This document shows positions 46,766 to 59,411 of a stretch of DNA of 64,000 bases, in pieces; the stretch's first letter is position 1; each line of letters starts with the position of its first letter. Made by a program: the position numbers and the translations under genes. Under the pieces are notes generated by a model. It was not told where the DNA came from. It saw nothing but the letters and a program-made list of their open reading frames with translations, and did not search any database. The stretch is from Malacoraja senta (lineage: Eukaryota). The stretch is from assembly GCA_038087875.1 (NCBI GenBank), contig JAXLNO010001170.1, positions 1 to 64,000 on the forward strand. Reading direction: 5' to 3'.

Positions 46766-47524
46766 ATGAGTTCCTCGTGGTCCTTTCTGATAATTATGTT
46801 TGTGCTGCCCGGTGAGTCTGTGTTTAACTGCTCAGTGTTACGTCCGGGGCTCCAATTTACCGTCGGACTGGGCGGCACGGTGGCGTAGCGGTAGAGCTAC
46901 CGCCTTGCAGCGCCAGTGACCCGGGTTCGATCCTGACTGCGGGTGTTTGGCTGTACAGAGTTTGTATGTTCTCCCCGTGACCTGCGTTGGTTTTCTCCGA
47001 GATCTTATTGTTTCTCCCCACACTCCAAAGACGTACAGATTAGTAGGTTAATTTGGGGTTGGTGTAAATGCAAAACTGTCCCTCGTGTGTGCAGGTTAGT
47101 GGTAATTTGCGGGGATCGCTGGTCGGTGCGGACACGGTGGGCTGAAGGGCCTGTTTGCGCGCTGTATCTCCAAACTAAACTAAACGATTCACTCGCGTGT
47201 TATGTTCGTTCTTACAGGAACGGGCGGCGAAGTGTCCGTGTCCCAGGCTCCGCCGGAACAAACGGCCGTGGAAGGACAAAGCGTCACAATGAACTGCAGT
47301 TACCCTGCAGCGTTCAATGTCTACGCGGCCTTCTGGTACATCCAATATCCCGGGGAGGCGCCAAGATATCGACTCAAGAGGCTGAGCACTGGGTTTGCGG
47401 ACCAGTCGCCGGATTTGCCAGATAGGTTTTCTGCTGTTTTTCAGAAAGATAGTAGGACGGTCCCTTTAACTATCTCCGCGGCCCTTGTGTCAGACTCGGC
47501 CGTGTACCTGTGCGCCATGACGCC
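46766..47524 (+). CDS. TCR V segment A5, intact
   Basis: Leader 46766-46811, open V exon 47218-47524. Confidence 0.9.
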
Positions 47525-47600
47525 CACACTGGTGCAGTGAATCAGCGGACCACGACAAAAACCTTTCCCGCCACTCCCGCGACCGCTCGCAAGAGGGCGC
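47525..47600 (+). promoter_or_regulatory. 23-RSS plus variant CTCF-like motif (A5)
   Basis: CACACTG 47525-47531, ACAAAAACC 47555-47563; CGCAAGAGGGCGC 47588-47600. Confidence 0.85.
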
Positions 47601-48226
47601 GCTCACCCGGCTAAACGAAGGAGGTGCTTTTGCGAATCCGCAGAGAACAAATACTCTGTAGGTGCCTGATGTCTACAGTATATTTTCCATTTGTCTCCAC
47701 AAGTGCAGCTCACCCTCTCGGGGCGGCACAGTAGCGCAGCGGTGGACTTGCTGCCTTGCTGCGCCAGAGACTCGGTCGATCCTGACCTCCGGCGTTGCCT
47801 TTGAGGAGTTCACAGCTCACCCAGTGACTGCGTGGATTTACTCCGGGTGCTGCGGTTTCCCCCCGCGCCCCAAGGACACGTGCGTTTATAGGGTCTTTGC
47901 AAATTGTTCATAATGTGTTGTGAGTGGATACAAAAGTGGGATAACATAGATAACAAATGTATGATCAATGACCGGTGTGGGCGATGAGCTGCGCTGCATC
48001 TTTTACTCAATTCAGAAATCAGATTTGGTTCCTAATAAAAGGACCCTAGTCCTTCCATAAAATGTGCAAATCGCCAATCTGAGTTGCAAGGCGCTAGGTT
48101 AAGCCAAGCGAAGTGGAGTTTAGTCGTGTAGTTTTGTTTAGAGATTAGTTTAGAAATAGGCCCTTCGGCCCACCGAGGCCGCGACGACCAGCGATCCGCG
48201 GACACTAGCACTATTCTGCACACTTA

Positions 48227-48602
48227 TGCCCCTGTCCCACTGAGGAAAACTGAACGGAAACCTCTGGAGACTTTGCGCCCCACCCAAGGTTTCCGTGCGG
48301 TTCCCGGTTTTTTTGTCAGTCTCACTAATGGTCGAAAGTAGTTTCCGCTTCTTCTATGCTCCGGCGATTATTTCAAAAAATTCAAAACCGGCCGCGACTA
48401 AAAATAGGTTGCCGTTTTTAAAATCGGTAATTTTTTAGTCGAAGCCGGTTGCGATGCTAGTTGATGGTGGTTCCCGGAGATTGCAGGTAGTGGATGGACT
48501 GACAAAAACCTCCTGTAACCACCGGGGACCGCACGGAAACCTTGGGTGGGGCGCAAAGTCTCCAGAGGTTTCCGTTCAGGTACCCTAAGTGGGACAGGGG
48601 CA
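48227..48602. mobile_element. MITE with long terminal inverted repeats (possibly PIF/Harbinger-like)
   Basis: TGCCCCTGTCCCACT...AGTGGGACAGGGGCA, with imperfect inversion extending about 85 bp; flanked by TTA and TAA; absent from the paralogous A-D intervals. Confidence 0.8.
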
Positions 48603-48962
48603 TAAGGACATTTACAATATTTACCACCTCGGCTCGCGGTGGCCCTCCTCGCTCTCGGCGGCTTTCATAAAACTCTCGGCCGTTCCCTATATACTTTCGA
48701 CGGTCTTCTTGCGCTCCCGGCAGCCGTGCGCGACCTCGGCGGCCTCACCAGGCGGTTCATTGAGTTCTGCGGGGAGCATCTGGGGAGCTTTCTGCCTCAG
48801 CTGCCTCTATTGTATGTGCGCAACCAATCATGTGCAGGAAACGCCCCCCTAGAGAATACGGTAGGGAACCGGATCTTGGCTTCTATTCACACATCGGATA
48901 CGAGGCAAGGGCACAGTGTGAAAGTCGTCTCCTTCTCTCTCTCTCGTTCCAAGTCGGGCACC

Positions 48963-49903
48963 ATGTGCGCTTCGTGTCTCTTGCCGCTGATACTCCTTGT
49001 GGTGCCCGGTGAGTTTGTGTTTCATTGTTCAGTGTGCAATCCGTGACTTCCAGGTACTGCCCGCTCTCTGACACGGGGGGCCAACGTAGGTTCACCACGT
49101 TAATTCCCGGTATGGCGGTACTGACATATAATTAAGTAATGGGTCGACTGGGCTTGTATTCACTGGAATTTGAAAGGGTGAGAGGAGATCGTATAGAAAC
49201 ATATAACACTCTTAAAGGATTGGACAGGCTAACTGCATGAGAAATGTTCCCGATATTGGGGGAGTCCAGAACCAGGGGTCACACAGTTTAAGAATAAGGG
49301 GTCGGCCATTTAGGACTGTGACGAGGAAAAACATTTCCCCCCAGAGAGTTGTGAATCTGTGGATTTCTATGGAAGGCAGTGGGGGCTAATTCACTGATGG
49401 TTTTCAAGAGGGAGTTTGATTTAGCTCTTAGGGCTAACGGAATCAAGGAATATGGGGGGAAAGCAGGAACGGTGTACTGATTTTAGATGATCAGCCATAA
49501 TCAGATTGAATGGTGGCACTGGTTCGAAGGGCCGAATGGCCTACTCCTGCACCTATTTTTCTACGTTTCTATGACACGCTCTGTGCTTTGTTATAGGTAC
49601 CCGTGGCGGTGACTCAGTGATTCAGTTCCCGCTGCAACTGGCTGCCGAGGAAGGACAGAACCTAACACTGAACTGCACTTACTCCGAAGGATTCAGCGCC
49701 AACTTCGCCTGCTGGTACATCCAATTTCCCGGGGAAGCGCCTAGATACGTAGTGATGATATACAGCCATGGGGCAGGCAACCGGTCTCCAGATTTCCCGG
49801 ACAGGTTTACTTCCGTGTTTCAGAAAGCATCGAGGACTGTTCCTTTAACTATCTCCGGGGTTCGCGTCTCCGATTCCGCCGTGTATCTCTGCGCCTTGAG
49901 GCC
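48963..49903 (+). CDS. TCR V segment D3, intact, extra Cys (FACWY)
   Basis: Leader 48963-49008, V exon 49597-49903 ending YLCALRP. Confidence 0.9.
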
Positions 49904-49979
49904 CACACTGCAGCAGAGATGTGGCAGATACGGACAAAAACCCATTCTTGAGTACCAGTCAGCTGCCACAAGGGGGCGC
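49904..49979 (+). promoter_or_regulatory. 23-RSS plus CTCF-like motif (D3)
   Basis: CACACTG 49904-49910, ACAAAAACC 49934-49942; CCACAAGGGGGCGC 49966-49979. Confidence 0.9.
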
Positions 49980-51730
49980 CGCAGTCCGTTGAATATACGT
50001 CATTCGGAAAATAAACCCGAGGAGACGCCGGAAGATGCCGGAATACACAACCGCCACTGCAAGAGTGAGGACATACGCAAACTGGACGAGGAACATCCCA
50101 TATTCCACTTAGGAAGGTAACTGCCGAACGGCATGAACTTTGAATTCTCCAATTTAAAGTAATAGCCGTCCTACCCCTCTCCCTCTAGCGCCATCCCACC
50201 CCTTTGCGCACCCATTTCTCCCACTTTCACACACCAGTCACCTTGCCTCTCCTTTGGGCACTGATTTTCCCATTCCCTCTCTATCCCCTTCACTTGTTCC
50301 TAATGTATCCGTCCCACATGGTTTACATTTCACACCTCTTCTCCTCTCCGTATCCGACAGCCCTTTGTCCTCATTCCATTTCTAGCGCTTGTCACTTATT
50401 CTACCCACGTGGCAAACTCTTTCCCAGTTTTCTCCCCCATGTCAATCAGTCTGAAGGAGGGTCTCGACCCGAACGTTGCCTGTCCATTTCCATCCACAAA
50501 TGCTGCCTGACCCATTGAGTTCCTTCAGCACACCGTGTTTTGCTCAAGATACTCGTGGTATCTCTTGCTCTGCAAAGCTCTCCTGGTCAAGTCGCAGAGT
50601 TATCTTCTCCCAATCCCCCTACATCTCCGTGCCGAATATAATGCCGAATTGAACCAATTGAGCACGTTATGACTGAGCTGAGTTGGTTTTAGGTTTGATT
50701 TTGGTTTATCATTATCACATGCACCCGCGAATAGTGGGCTTTGTTTTGCATGCTACCCAGTCGGATTAGATAATGTTATATATAAACACAATCAAGTCAA
50801 GCTCAAGTATAACAAGTAGGGCAAAGGGACAGATACAGCGTTCAGAATTTTTTTCTCGGCATTGTAGCGCACCATTATAAGAGAGGACGTCCAATGTCCG
50901 CAATTGGGTAGATCTGCACAGGGCAATACCCTAGTTTATGGGAGAACCATTGACAAGCCTGATAACAGAGAAGAAGCTGTTCCTGAGTCAGGCGATTAGT
51001 TCGTCCAAACGGCTGTATCACCTGGCCGACGGACGCGGAGTTGTGTAGGTCTCACGATGTGCGGTCTGGATTTCCGGGGCGTCGTTAAGTGTATATGGAA
51101 TCAGTTGTGGGATATCTGATGTGTACTGTTCTCTGCAATGTCTTGCGTTCTTGGGCAAAGCTGTTCCACACCAAGCCGTGACGCAGTTCGGCAGTACGCT
51201 TTCCATGGTTAGATGTAGTCACCGGAGACATGCCAACTTTTCTCCGTTTCCTCAAGAAAGAGGGGCGCAGGCGTGACTTCTTATCTATCACGTCAATATG
51301 GTTGGTCCACAAGGGACGGTTAGTAATATTAACCCACAGGAGCTTGAAGCTCTGAACCATTTCCACGTTGTCGCCATCGAATCTGACTTGGGCAGGTGCT
51401 CAGTCAAACGCCCCGAAGTCCACAAGTAACTCCTTCATCTTTCGTCTTGCTGACATTGAGGAAGAGGTTGTTGTCCTGATTCCATGTTAAGATGTAATAC
51501 TGAGCTGTATGCATTTGGCAGCTGAATCTTGTCTTTACTGGTAAATTCAACACCCGGAAGAACCCACTGGTCTATTTGAGTTGGATGACGTAGTTAAAGA
51601 AGATTGCTGTCCAACCAGCAAGGCCCAAGAGACAAACCAATCCGGAATCGGGGTACGCCCTCTATCTGCAACAAAGGGGCACCCAACATCGCATTGACAC
51701 CATTGTCTTCCCAGCCTCCAACAGATCACC

Positions 51731-52172
51731 ATGTGCCGTTCGCGTGTTCTGCTGATAATAACTTTCGTATTTTCCGGTAGGTTTGAGAAAGAAAAATTAT
51801 CGATGGTGCGCACTGAGGATTTGATTTTCCTCCACGATACTCACAATTGTGTGCGTTGTTTACAGGAACCAGCGGCGAGGATGAAGTGTCGCAGAAACCG
51901 CCTGAACTGACGGCTGTAGAAGGACAGACTGTAAGGTTCAATTGCACGTATTCCGCAGCATTAGATGCGAGGACTGCATTCTGGTACGTCCAGTATCCCG
52001 GGGAAGCGCCGAGATATATACTGAAGAAATTAAGAACAGGGTACGATGATCGATCTCCCCAATTAGCAGCCAGATTTGTTATCGCTTTTGACACTGAGAA
52101 TAGGATCGTGTCTTTGGACATAGCGGGGACTCTCGTCTCTGATGCTGCCGTGTACCTCTGTGCCGTGAAGCC
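51731..52172 (+). CDS. TCR V segment E3, intact
   Basis: Leader 51731-51776, V exon 51866-52172; protein identical to E2 in the ORF track. Confidence 0.9.
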
Positions 52173-52247
52173 CACACTGCTTCAGAGAAGCAGCAGACCC
52201 GGACAAAAACGCACTGAGAGATCCAGCGCGCGGCCACCAGAGGGCGC
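52173..52247 (+). promoter_or_regulatory. 23-RSS plus CTCF-like motif (E3)
   Basis: CACACTG 52173-52179, ACAAAAACG 52203-52211; CCACCAGAGGGCGC 52234-52247. Confidence 0.9.
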
Positions 52248-53164
52248 TCGCTGGGTTGAAATAGTTAATCAGAGAAATCCGTTTCCTGGCATCCAGTGGA
52301 ACTGTGAATTTAACCTTGTCTGGACCAATGGAAGCGCCATTTTCCAACGTTCACTACAATCTGAAATGGCATTGGTTAAGTCCTAATCAACTAAGGATTC
52401 AATAAACATTTGAGGTGATTTGATGAGTTTGACTGCACGGAAGCAAGTTTTCGATTGCGTCGTGTAGGCGCCTCTCATCGTAAATACATCAACGCCTGTT
52501 TTTACACGAATGTTCTTTCAATCGTGTCGTATTCCTATCAACCCCCTTAGATTCCCCCCCCCAACACGATTTGAAAGTTTACAGTGCACAACTCACCCAG
52601 CGAGCCCGCAAACATCTGGAAGGTGAAAACACGTTTCGGGTCGGGACGCCTCTTCAGACATCTTCAGATCGAAAGAGCTACGAACGGAAACGTTTATCCA
52701 CTTACTCCTCAGATGCTGTCTGACCCGTTGAATTCCTGCAACTCAGAGGTTACTGAAGTATCCAGCGCCTCTTGTTTTTGCACTACCTTTTGTATTAATG
52801 TTTGTTTAATTGCATTTCATTCATGGGTGAATTATCCGGATAGCTCGCTACACAATGTTTTTTTAATGTATCTCATACGTGATAATAATAAATGGATACC
52901 AATACCAATATCAATATCAATCTTTACACCAATAACAATACCAGTTCCAATCCCACTACCAAATCCAATTGCAAGTCTAATACCAAAATAATCCACGCTG
53001 ATTCAGATATGGCGCTGAGGGAAGGATGAAAATCACCCTCCACGCTCGATTCTCCTGCGTATAATTATTCCGTCGTCTTGTTCTTGATTGTAAATTTAGT
53101 CGCCGTGTTGTTCTGTAACGTGCACGAAAAACTGTAGACAATTAAACAGACAGAGCAAGAGCGT

Positions 53165-53259
<95 letters not shown>

Positions 53260-53501
53260 GGAACGGAGCGCAAGTAAAGATAAAGTTGGAGCAAATTAGC
53301 GTGCGTAAAGTGAGAAGGCAAGTGATCAAATTGCATCGGTTGTGAACAGCCAATCGTGCAAGAGGGGGACGCCCCTTAGTCTCCCCAACAGAAAAACACC
53401 TGCCCATGATTTCCGTGTCCTCTCACATATACTGTACCACGCGAGACATGAACGCAGTCGAATCTTTTCGTCCTTACAGAGCTGTTTACAAACTACATGC
53501 C

Positions 53502-54107
53502 ATGAGCACCTTCTGGTCTCTCCTGATGATAATTTTCGTATTTCCAGGTGAGCCTATGTTGCAATGGTTCCGAAGCGGAAAGTGTCTTTGATACACTCCC
53601 AGTTTGCACACAGTTCATTGAGTTTCTGTTGCGATTTTTCGTGAGCTAAACGTGGCTTTGATACACGCGCGACAGCCATCCCAAACTGTAGATATTGTGA
53701 AGGAAGGTCTGTTCCTGTGCTGTACAGATCGATGTTATTTGTTGGTTATTTGTTGTAGGCTTTCAGCTTCATCGCATGTTTCTTTTTTGCTTTATTATAG
53801 GACGCTATGGCGAAGAATCCATGTCTCAATATCCACCTGAACTCACTGTTGTTGAAGGACGGGCCGTAATACTTAATTGCAATTACCCCAAATCTTACAA
53901 TAATGAGGTCGCTTTCTGGTACATTCAGAATGGTGGGCAAGCGCTGAAATATCTACTAAAAAAATTTAATGCCGATTCCGGAGATGGGGCTCGTGATTTG
54001 CCAGAGAGGTTTTCTGCTGCTTACCACAAAGAGAATCGCTCGATACCTTTAAGTATCTCCGGCATCCTTGTCTCCGATTCCGCCGTGTATCTCTGCGCCA
54101 TGAGGCC
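53502..54107 (+). CDS. TCR V segment C5 (MSTFW leader), intact
   Basis: Leader 53502-53547 (G|GTGAGC), open V exon 53801-54107 ending YLCAMRP. Confidence 0.9.
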
Positions 54108-54185
54108 CACACTGCGGCATAGAAGCGACTGATCCGAACAAAAACTCTCTCCCGTCATTTCGATCTAATCTTCACCAGAGGGCGC
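54108..54185 (+). promoter_or_regulatory. 23-RSS plus CTCF-like motif (C5)
   Basis: CACACTG 54108-54114, ACAAAAACT 54138-54146; CACCAGAGGGCGC 54173-54185. Confidence 0.9.
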
Positions 54186-56311
54186 TCTCTTCAATCTTCC
54201 AAAAACACTCCACCCCAAAATAGAATATTACCCTCAAACACGAAGCGCAGAGCTTCATCTTCCAACTTACTTTACATTCTTGGTTTGTTTTTAGTCCTAC
54301 TCGTCGACGGGCCTTTTTTTTGCATTCCCCGTCTACATTCCATCTTTTATCCTCGCAGTTCCTGACGTGATTTTCCCCCATAATGCTCCACAAGGCTCCT
54401 GTTTCCACCTCACTACTCCGCGATATGCGTTTAACAAGTGATTCTGGAAAGGAGGGTTCGACACCCTCTGAACTCAGTAAGAATATAATCAACGAACAAA
54501 ACAGGGCAGCACAGTGGCGCAGCTGGAAGTGCTGCAGCCTCACTGCGCCAGGGACCCGGTTTCGATTCTGACCTGTTATATCGTCTGTGTGGAGTTTGCA
54601 GGTTATCCCTGTGATCGCGTGGATTTCCCCCGGGTGCTCCGGTTTCCTCGCATAACCCAAGGTCGTGCGGGTTTGTAGGTTTATTGGGCTCTATAAATTG
54701 CCCCTGGTGTGTAGGGAGTGGAAGACAAAGTGGGATAACGTTCGCTAGTGCGAACGCGTGATCGATGGTCTGCATGGACTCGATGGGCAGAAGGGCCTGT
54801 TTTGTTCCGCGCTGTGTCTCTGAACTAAATTGAACCCTATTCAAAACACAGAAAAATGCAGAGATTTGGAAGAATGTTTGAGAGACTTCGCGATATCGGG
54901 ATGCATGCCCGAGGAATCATCAAATCCTTATATTAATATTACATCGTTACGTGATCAGGTCGCATTAAGAACGTTAGAAGACGTTAAATAAAAGAGTAAA
55001 ACCATGTCCCCTTTTGTTCTTTTTGCTCCTACATTGAGAGTGAAGACTCTCTGCATCACACCATCTATTCCCCTCATTGTGTTATGAACCACTGTAAGAT
55101 CAATCTCCGGCTTCCTGCCCTCCAAATGTATAAAATCACAGGCTGTTGAACTTCTTCCTCTGGCTCAGGCCCCCGTGTTTCAAGTCGAGTCCAGAATCCG
55201 GAGGACAAACATACTAAACGGCATGAAGAACTCAGCGGGTCCAGCAACACCTGAGGCAAGAGGTCATCGATTCGATGAAGACCCAAGGCCAATATTGCCC
55301 CTTCTCCTTTCCACGGGTCTAAAACAGATTTTACTGTTCTGTTGGGGCATTTATAAACGCTGTGGTCTGTGATTATTAATTGGAATATATTTCACACAAT
55401 GACATAAAGAGAATACCGCACACCGGATAAGGAAATGATATATTTGAGCCAACTGTGTATTTCCTCGGGAGGCTATAGTCTATGTATCTATGTATCTATG
55501 TATCGCTGCATCTGCAAAACGGCCTTCACCCGTGTATGGTCTCGCTCGGAAGCAGGCGGGCGTCACTAAAGCCAGAAAATGGAGTGACAGACAGACAAAC
55601 GTAGCCGATGAACACCGACAGCAACATGAATGGCGCTGCAGAGAAAAACGATGCTCGTAGAGAAACATCGAGGTTCTGATACGAGATAAAAGAGAAAGAG
55701 AAAAATTATCCACCTAAATGGAAAGGGCGGTGAGGAGAAGGGGAGAACGGACACGAGATAGTGGAAGTGAAGAGAGTGAGTGAAGAGAAGAGATATTGAG
55801 CGTGAGAAAAGGAGAAGGACTGAGAGAGAGTAGAGAGTGTACGTTTGAGAGAGAGTGTGTGTGTGTGTGTGCGTGTGTGCGTGTGAGAGAAAGACAGAGA
55901 AAACAAATGTGTGCACGCATTTCAGAGCGAAAAATGGAAGAGAAGGGAAAGAGAGGAGAGATGAGGAGAAGGGGACAGATAGTGTGAAAATAGAGTGTAC
56001 GCTCCACAGAGAATGTGAGAGGGAAGCGAAGGGATTGATGGGAGAGAAAACGAGTGGGAGAGGGACACAGTGTGCGTGTTCGAGAGAGAGTCAGAGAAAG
56101 AGCGAAAGAGAAAAAAAGAAGCTCGGGTATTGCCCGAACGTGTGAAATTAGAAGGCGGAGCGATTTCCGCGAAACCAACCAATCCAACACCAGGGAACTG
56201 TCCCCGATTATCTTTAATGCGCCTGGTCTGAGCTTTGTGTCGCATGTCTGATGCGAGGCGTGAACATACTATAAACATTATCTCCTCGACTCTTCGTTCA
56301 AACCGGACACC

Positions 56312-57071
56312 ATGAGTTCCTCGTGGTCCTTTTTGATAATGATGTTTGTGCTGCCCGGTGAGTCTGTGTTTAACTGCTCAGTATTCCGTCCGGGGCTCCA
56401 ATTTACCGTCGGACTGGGCGGCACGGTGGCGTAACGGTAGAGCTACCGCCTCACAGCGTCAGTGACCCGGGTTCGATCCTGACTGCGGGTGTTTGGCTGT
56501 ACAGAGTTTGTATGTTCTCCCCGTGGCCTGCGTTGGTTTTCTCCGAGATCTTTCTGTTTCTTCCCACACTCCAAAGACGTACAGATTAGTAGGTTAATTG
56601 GGGGCATGGTGTAAATGCAAAACTGTCCCTCGTGTGTGCAGGTTAGCGGTAATTTGCGGGGATCGCTGGTCGGTGCGCACACGGTGGGCTGAAGGGCCTG
56701 TTTGCGTGCTGTATCTCCAAACTAAACTAAACGATTCACTCGCGTGTTATGTTCGTTCTTACAGGAACGGGCGGCGAAGAGTCGGTGTCCCAGGATCCGC
56801 CGGAACAAACGGCCGTGGAAGGACGAAACGTCACAATGAACTGCAGTTACTCTGCAGCGTTCAATGCCGACGCGGCTTTCTGGTACATCCAATATCCCGG
56901 GGAGGCGCCAAGATATCTACTCAAGAGACTGCGCACTGGGTTTGCGGACCAGTCGCCGGATTTGCCAGACAGGTTTTCCGCTGTTTATCAGAAAGATAGT
57001 AGGACGGTCCCTTTAATTATCTCCGCGGCCCTTGTTTCAGACTCGGCCGTGTACCTTTGCGCCATGACGCC
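56312..57071 (+). CDS. TCR V segment A6, intact ORF, variant heptamer
   Basis: Leader 56312-56357, open V exon 56765-57071. Confidence 0.85.
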
Positions 57072-57147
57072 CACACGGGTGCAGTGAATCAGCGGACCGC
57101 GACAAAAACCTTACCGGCCACTCCCGCGACCGCTCGCCAGAGGGCGC
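57072..57147 (+). promoter_or_regulatory. 23-RSS (heptamer CACACGG) plus CTCF-like motif (A6)
   Basis: CACACGG 57072-57078, ACAAAAACC 57102-57110; CGCCAGAGGGCGC 57135-57147. Confidence 0.85.
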
Positions 57148-57365
57148 GCTCACCCGGCTAAACGAAGGAGGTGCTTTTGCCAATCGGCGGAGAACAAATA
57201 CGCTGTAGGTGCCTGATGTCTACAGTATATTTCCCTTTGTCTCTACAGGTTTAGCTCATCCTGTCGGGGTGGCACAGTAGGGCAGCGGTAGAGTTGCTGC
57301 CTTGTAGCGCCAGAGACTCGGGTTTGATCCTGACCTCGGGCGTTGCCTGTGTGGAGTTCACAGCT

Positions 57366-57440
57366 CACCATGCTTCAGGGACGCAGCAGACCCGGACAAA
57401 AACGCACGACGTGATACGGCGCGCGGCCACCAGGGGGCGC
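57366..57440 (+). promoter_or_regulatory. Orphan 23-RSS plus CTCF-like motif
   Basis: CACCATG 57366-57372, 23-nt spacer, ACAAAAACG 57396-57404; CCACCAGGGGGCGC 57427-57440. Confidence 0.7.
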
Positions 57441-58919
57441 ACTGGCTGCTTATATAGAACCAGAGAATCAGAAGTAACAAAGAACTGCAGAGGCATGTTT
57501 ATATCAAACATAGACACAAAGTTCCCCTGCCCTGCCCATTTGTCCCATGCTCTACACTAGTCTTTTCACTACTTCCACAGTTCACTACTCTTGACAACAC
57601 ATCTCCTCAGGCCAATAATTGGCTGACCAGAGCACAACCCTGCCTGAGGTAATTTGTTGCCGGTCCGGATTTTTTTCCTGGTCTTTACTCGTCTCCGGGA
57701 ATAGCGAATCAAACCTCCCCTGGCCCAGAAGAAGTGCCTTCATCGAAACGTTGTTTCGAATCTGAAATATTGTTAATAATATTATAAAATGGAGGTCAGG
57801 ATGGCACCCGGGACTTTGGAGTTGTGAGGCTGCATCTTTACCAGCTGCACCACTGTGCCGCCCAAATTAAGCAATCTTAGCTCCGGACACATGTTTCTTG
57901 TATCCTCCAATATTCTCTGTAATTTTTTGGTCGAATGGCTTAAATAGACATTCTCATGCAAGGAGATCGAGGTTGCGACAGACAGGAACAAGGCCAGTTG
58001 TACAACCCCCACTCCCACGCTTTAATGCGGCTTTGTGCAGGAATTGCAGGTTCACGAAAGCAATGAGGGCGGCTAGGAAATGCAGCAACAATGTCAACCG
58101 TACAGCGAAATCGTGGTCCGTCGACGCGGATTTGTAGTCTACCTGTGAGGGAGGAAGCGAAGGAGAGAAAATGAGAAATGGTGGGTAATTTCGGAGTGAG
58201 GTATATATAGTTATGTATACAGCGACAGAGCATTTTGAATGCATTTGTATATGGCAACGAGTGACAGAGATGCAGATTGAGACAGGAAGAGTGAAGAGCC
58301 AGAGAGAGAGCAATTGATACCGATCGATCGTCACGGAGGATCCGCCGGAGTTAATTGGTGAGGAAGCACATACAATACATAGATCATAGAACAATTCATA
58401 GAACAGGCGGACTATCTTTGATCGGACTTTACTGGGTTTACCTTGCACTAAACGTTATTCCCTTATCACGTATATATACACTGTAAATGGCTCGATTGTA
58501 AACATGTATTGTCTTTCCACTGACTGGTTAGCACGCAACAAAAGCTTTTCTCTGTACCTCATTACATGTGACAATAAACTAAACTGAACTGAATACAGCA
58601 CAGGAACAGGCCTTTCTGCCCACAGTGACCAAGTCAAGCATGATACCACGTTAAACTAATATCTCTCCCTGCGCGTTATTACTGAGGTGCAGGTACTGAA
58701 CAGCTGCTTCCGATCCTTCGCGTTACATTCAGCACCCATGAAGAACGTCGGTCCTATTTGGATTCAGATGACGCATGCAAAGTAGATTCCTGCCCAACCA
58801 ACGTGGGCTGCGAGACCAACCAACCCCTAACCAGGGTGACGCCCTCTAACTGCAACAAAAGGACACCAACCTTCAACATGCGTTGACAACATTCTCTTAT
58901 CCGCCTCCAGAACAACGCC

Positions 58920-59335
58920 ATGTGTGTCCTGCTGATATTGATTCTTGTGTTTTCCGGTGGGTCTGGCTAGGGTTGCGTGCCGAGGGTTTGATTTACCTCC
59001 GGAATGCTCACAATGTTGTGCTTTGTTACAGGAGCCCGCGGCGACGATGACGTGTCCCAGAAACCGCCGAAACTGGCGATAGACGAAGGGCAGACCGTAG
59101 AGCTGAATTGCACGTTTACCGCAGCTTACGATGGCAAAACTGCCTTCTGGTACGTCCAGCACGCAGGGGAAGCGCCGAGATATATACTGAAGAAATTAAA
59201 CACATTCGAGCAACGATCTCCTGATTTCCCAGACAGGTTTTCTGCCGCTTTTCTCAAAGAGAGTAGGACGGTGATTTTGAACATCGCGGGGGCTCTCCTA
59301 TCAGATTCTGCCGTGTATCTTTGTGCCATGGAGCC
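58920..59335 (+). CDS. TCR V segment B3, intact
   Basis: Leader 58920-58956, V exon 59032-59335 (LNCTF, FWYVQ, YLCAMEP). Confidence 0.9.
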
Positions 59336-59411
59336 CACACTGACTCAGAGAAGCAGCGGACCCGGACAAAAACCCGCGGAGGACATCCGACGAGATGTCA
59401 CTAGAGGGCGC
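59336..59411 (+). promoter_or_regulatory. 23-RSS plus CTCF-like motif (B3)
   Basis: CACACTG 59336-59342, ACAAAAACC 59366-59374; CACTAGAGGGCGC 59399-59411. Confidence 0.9.
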
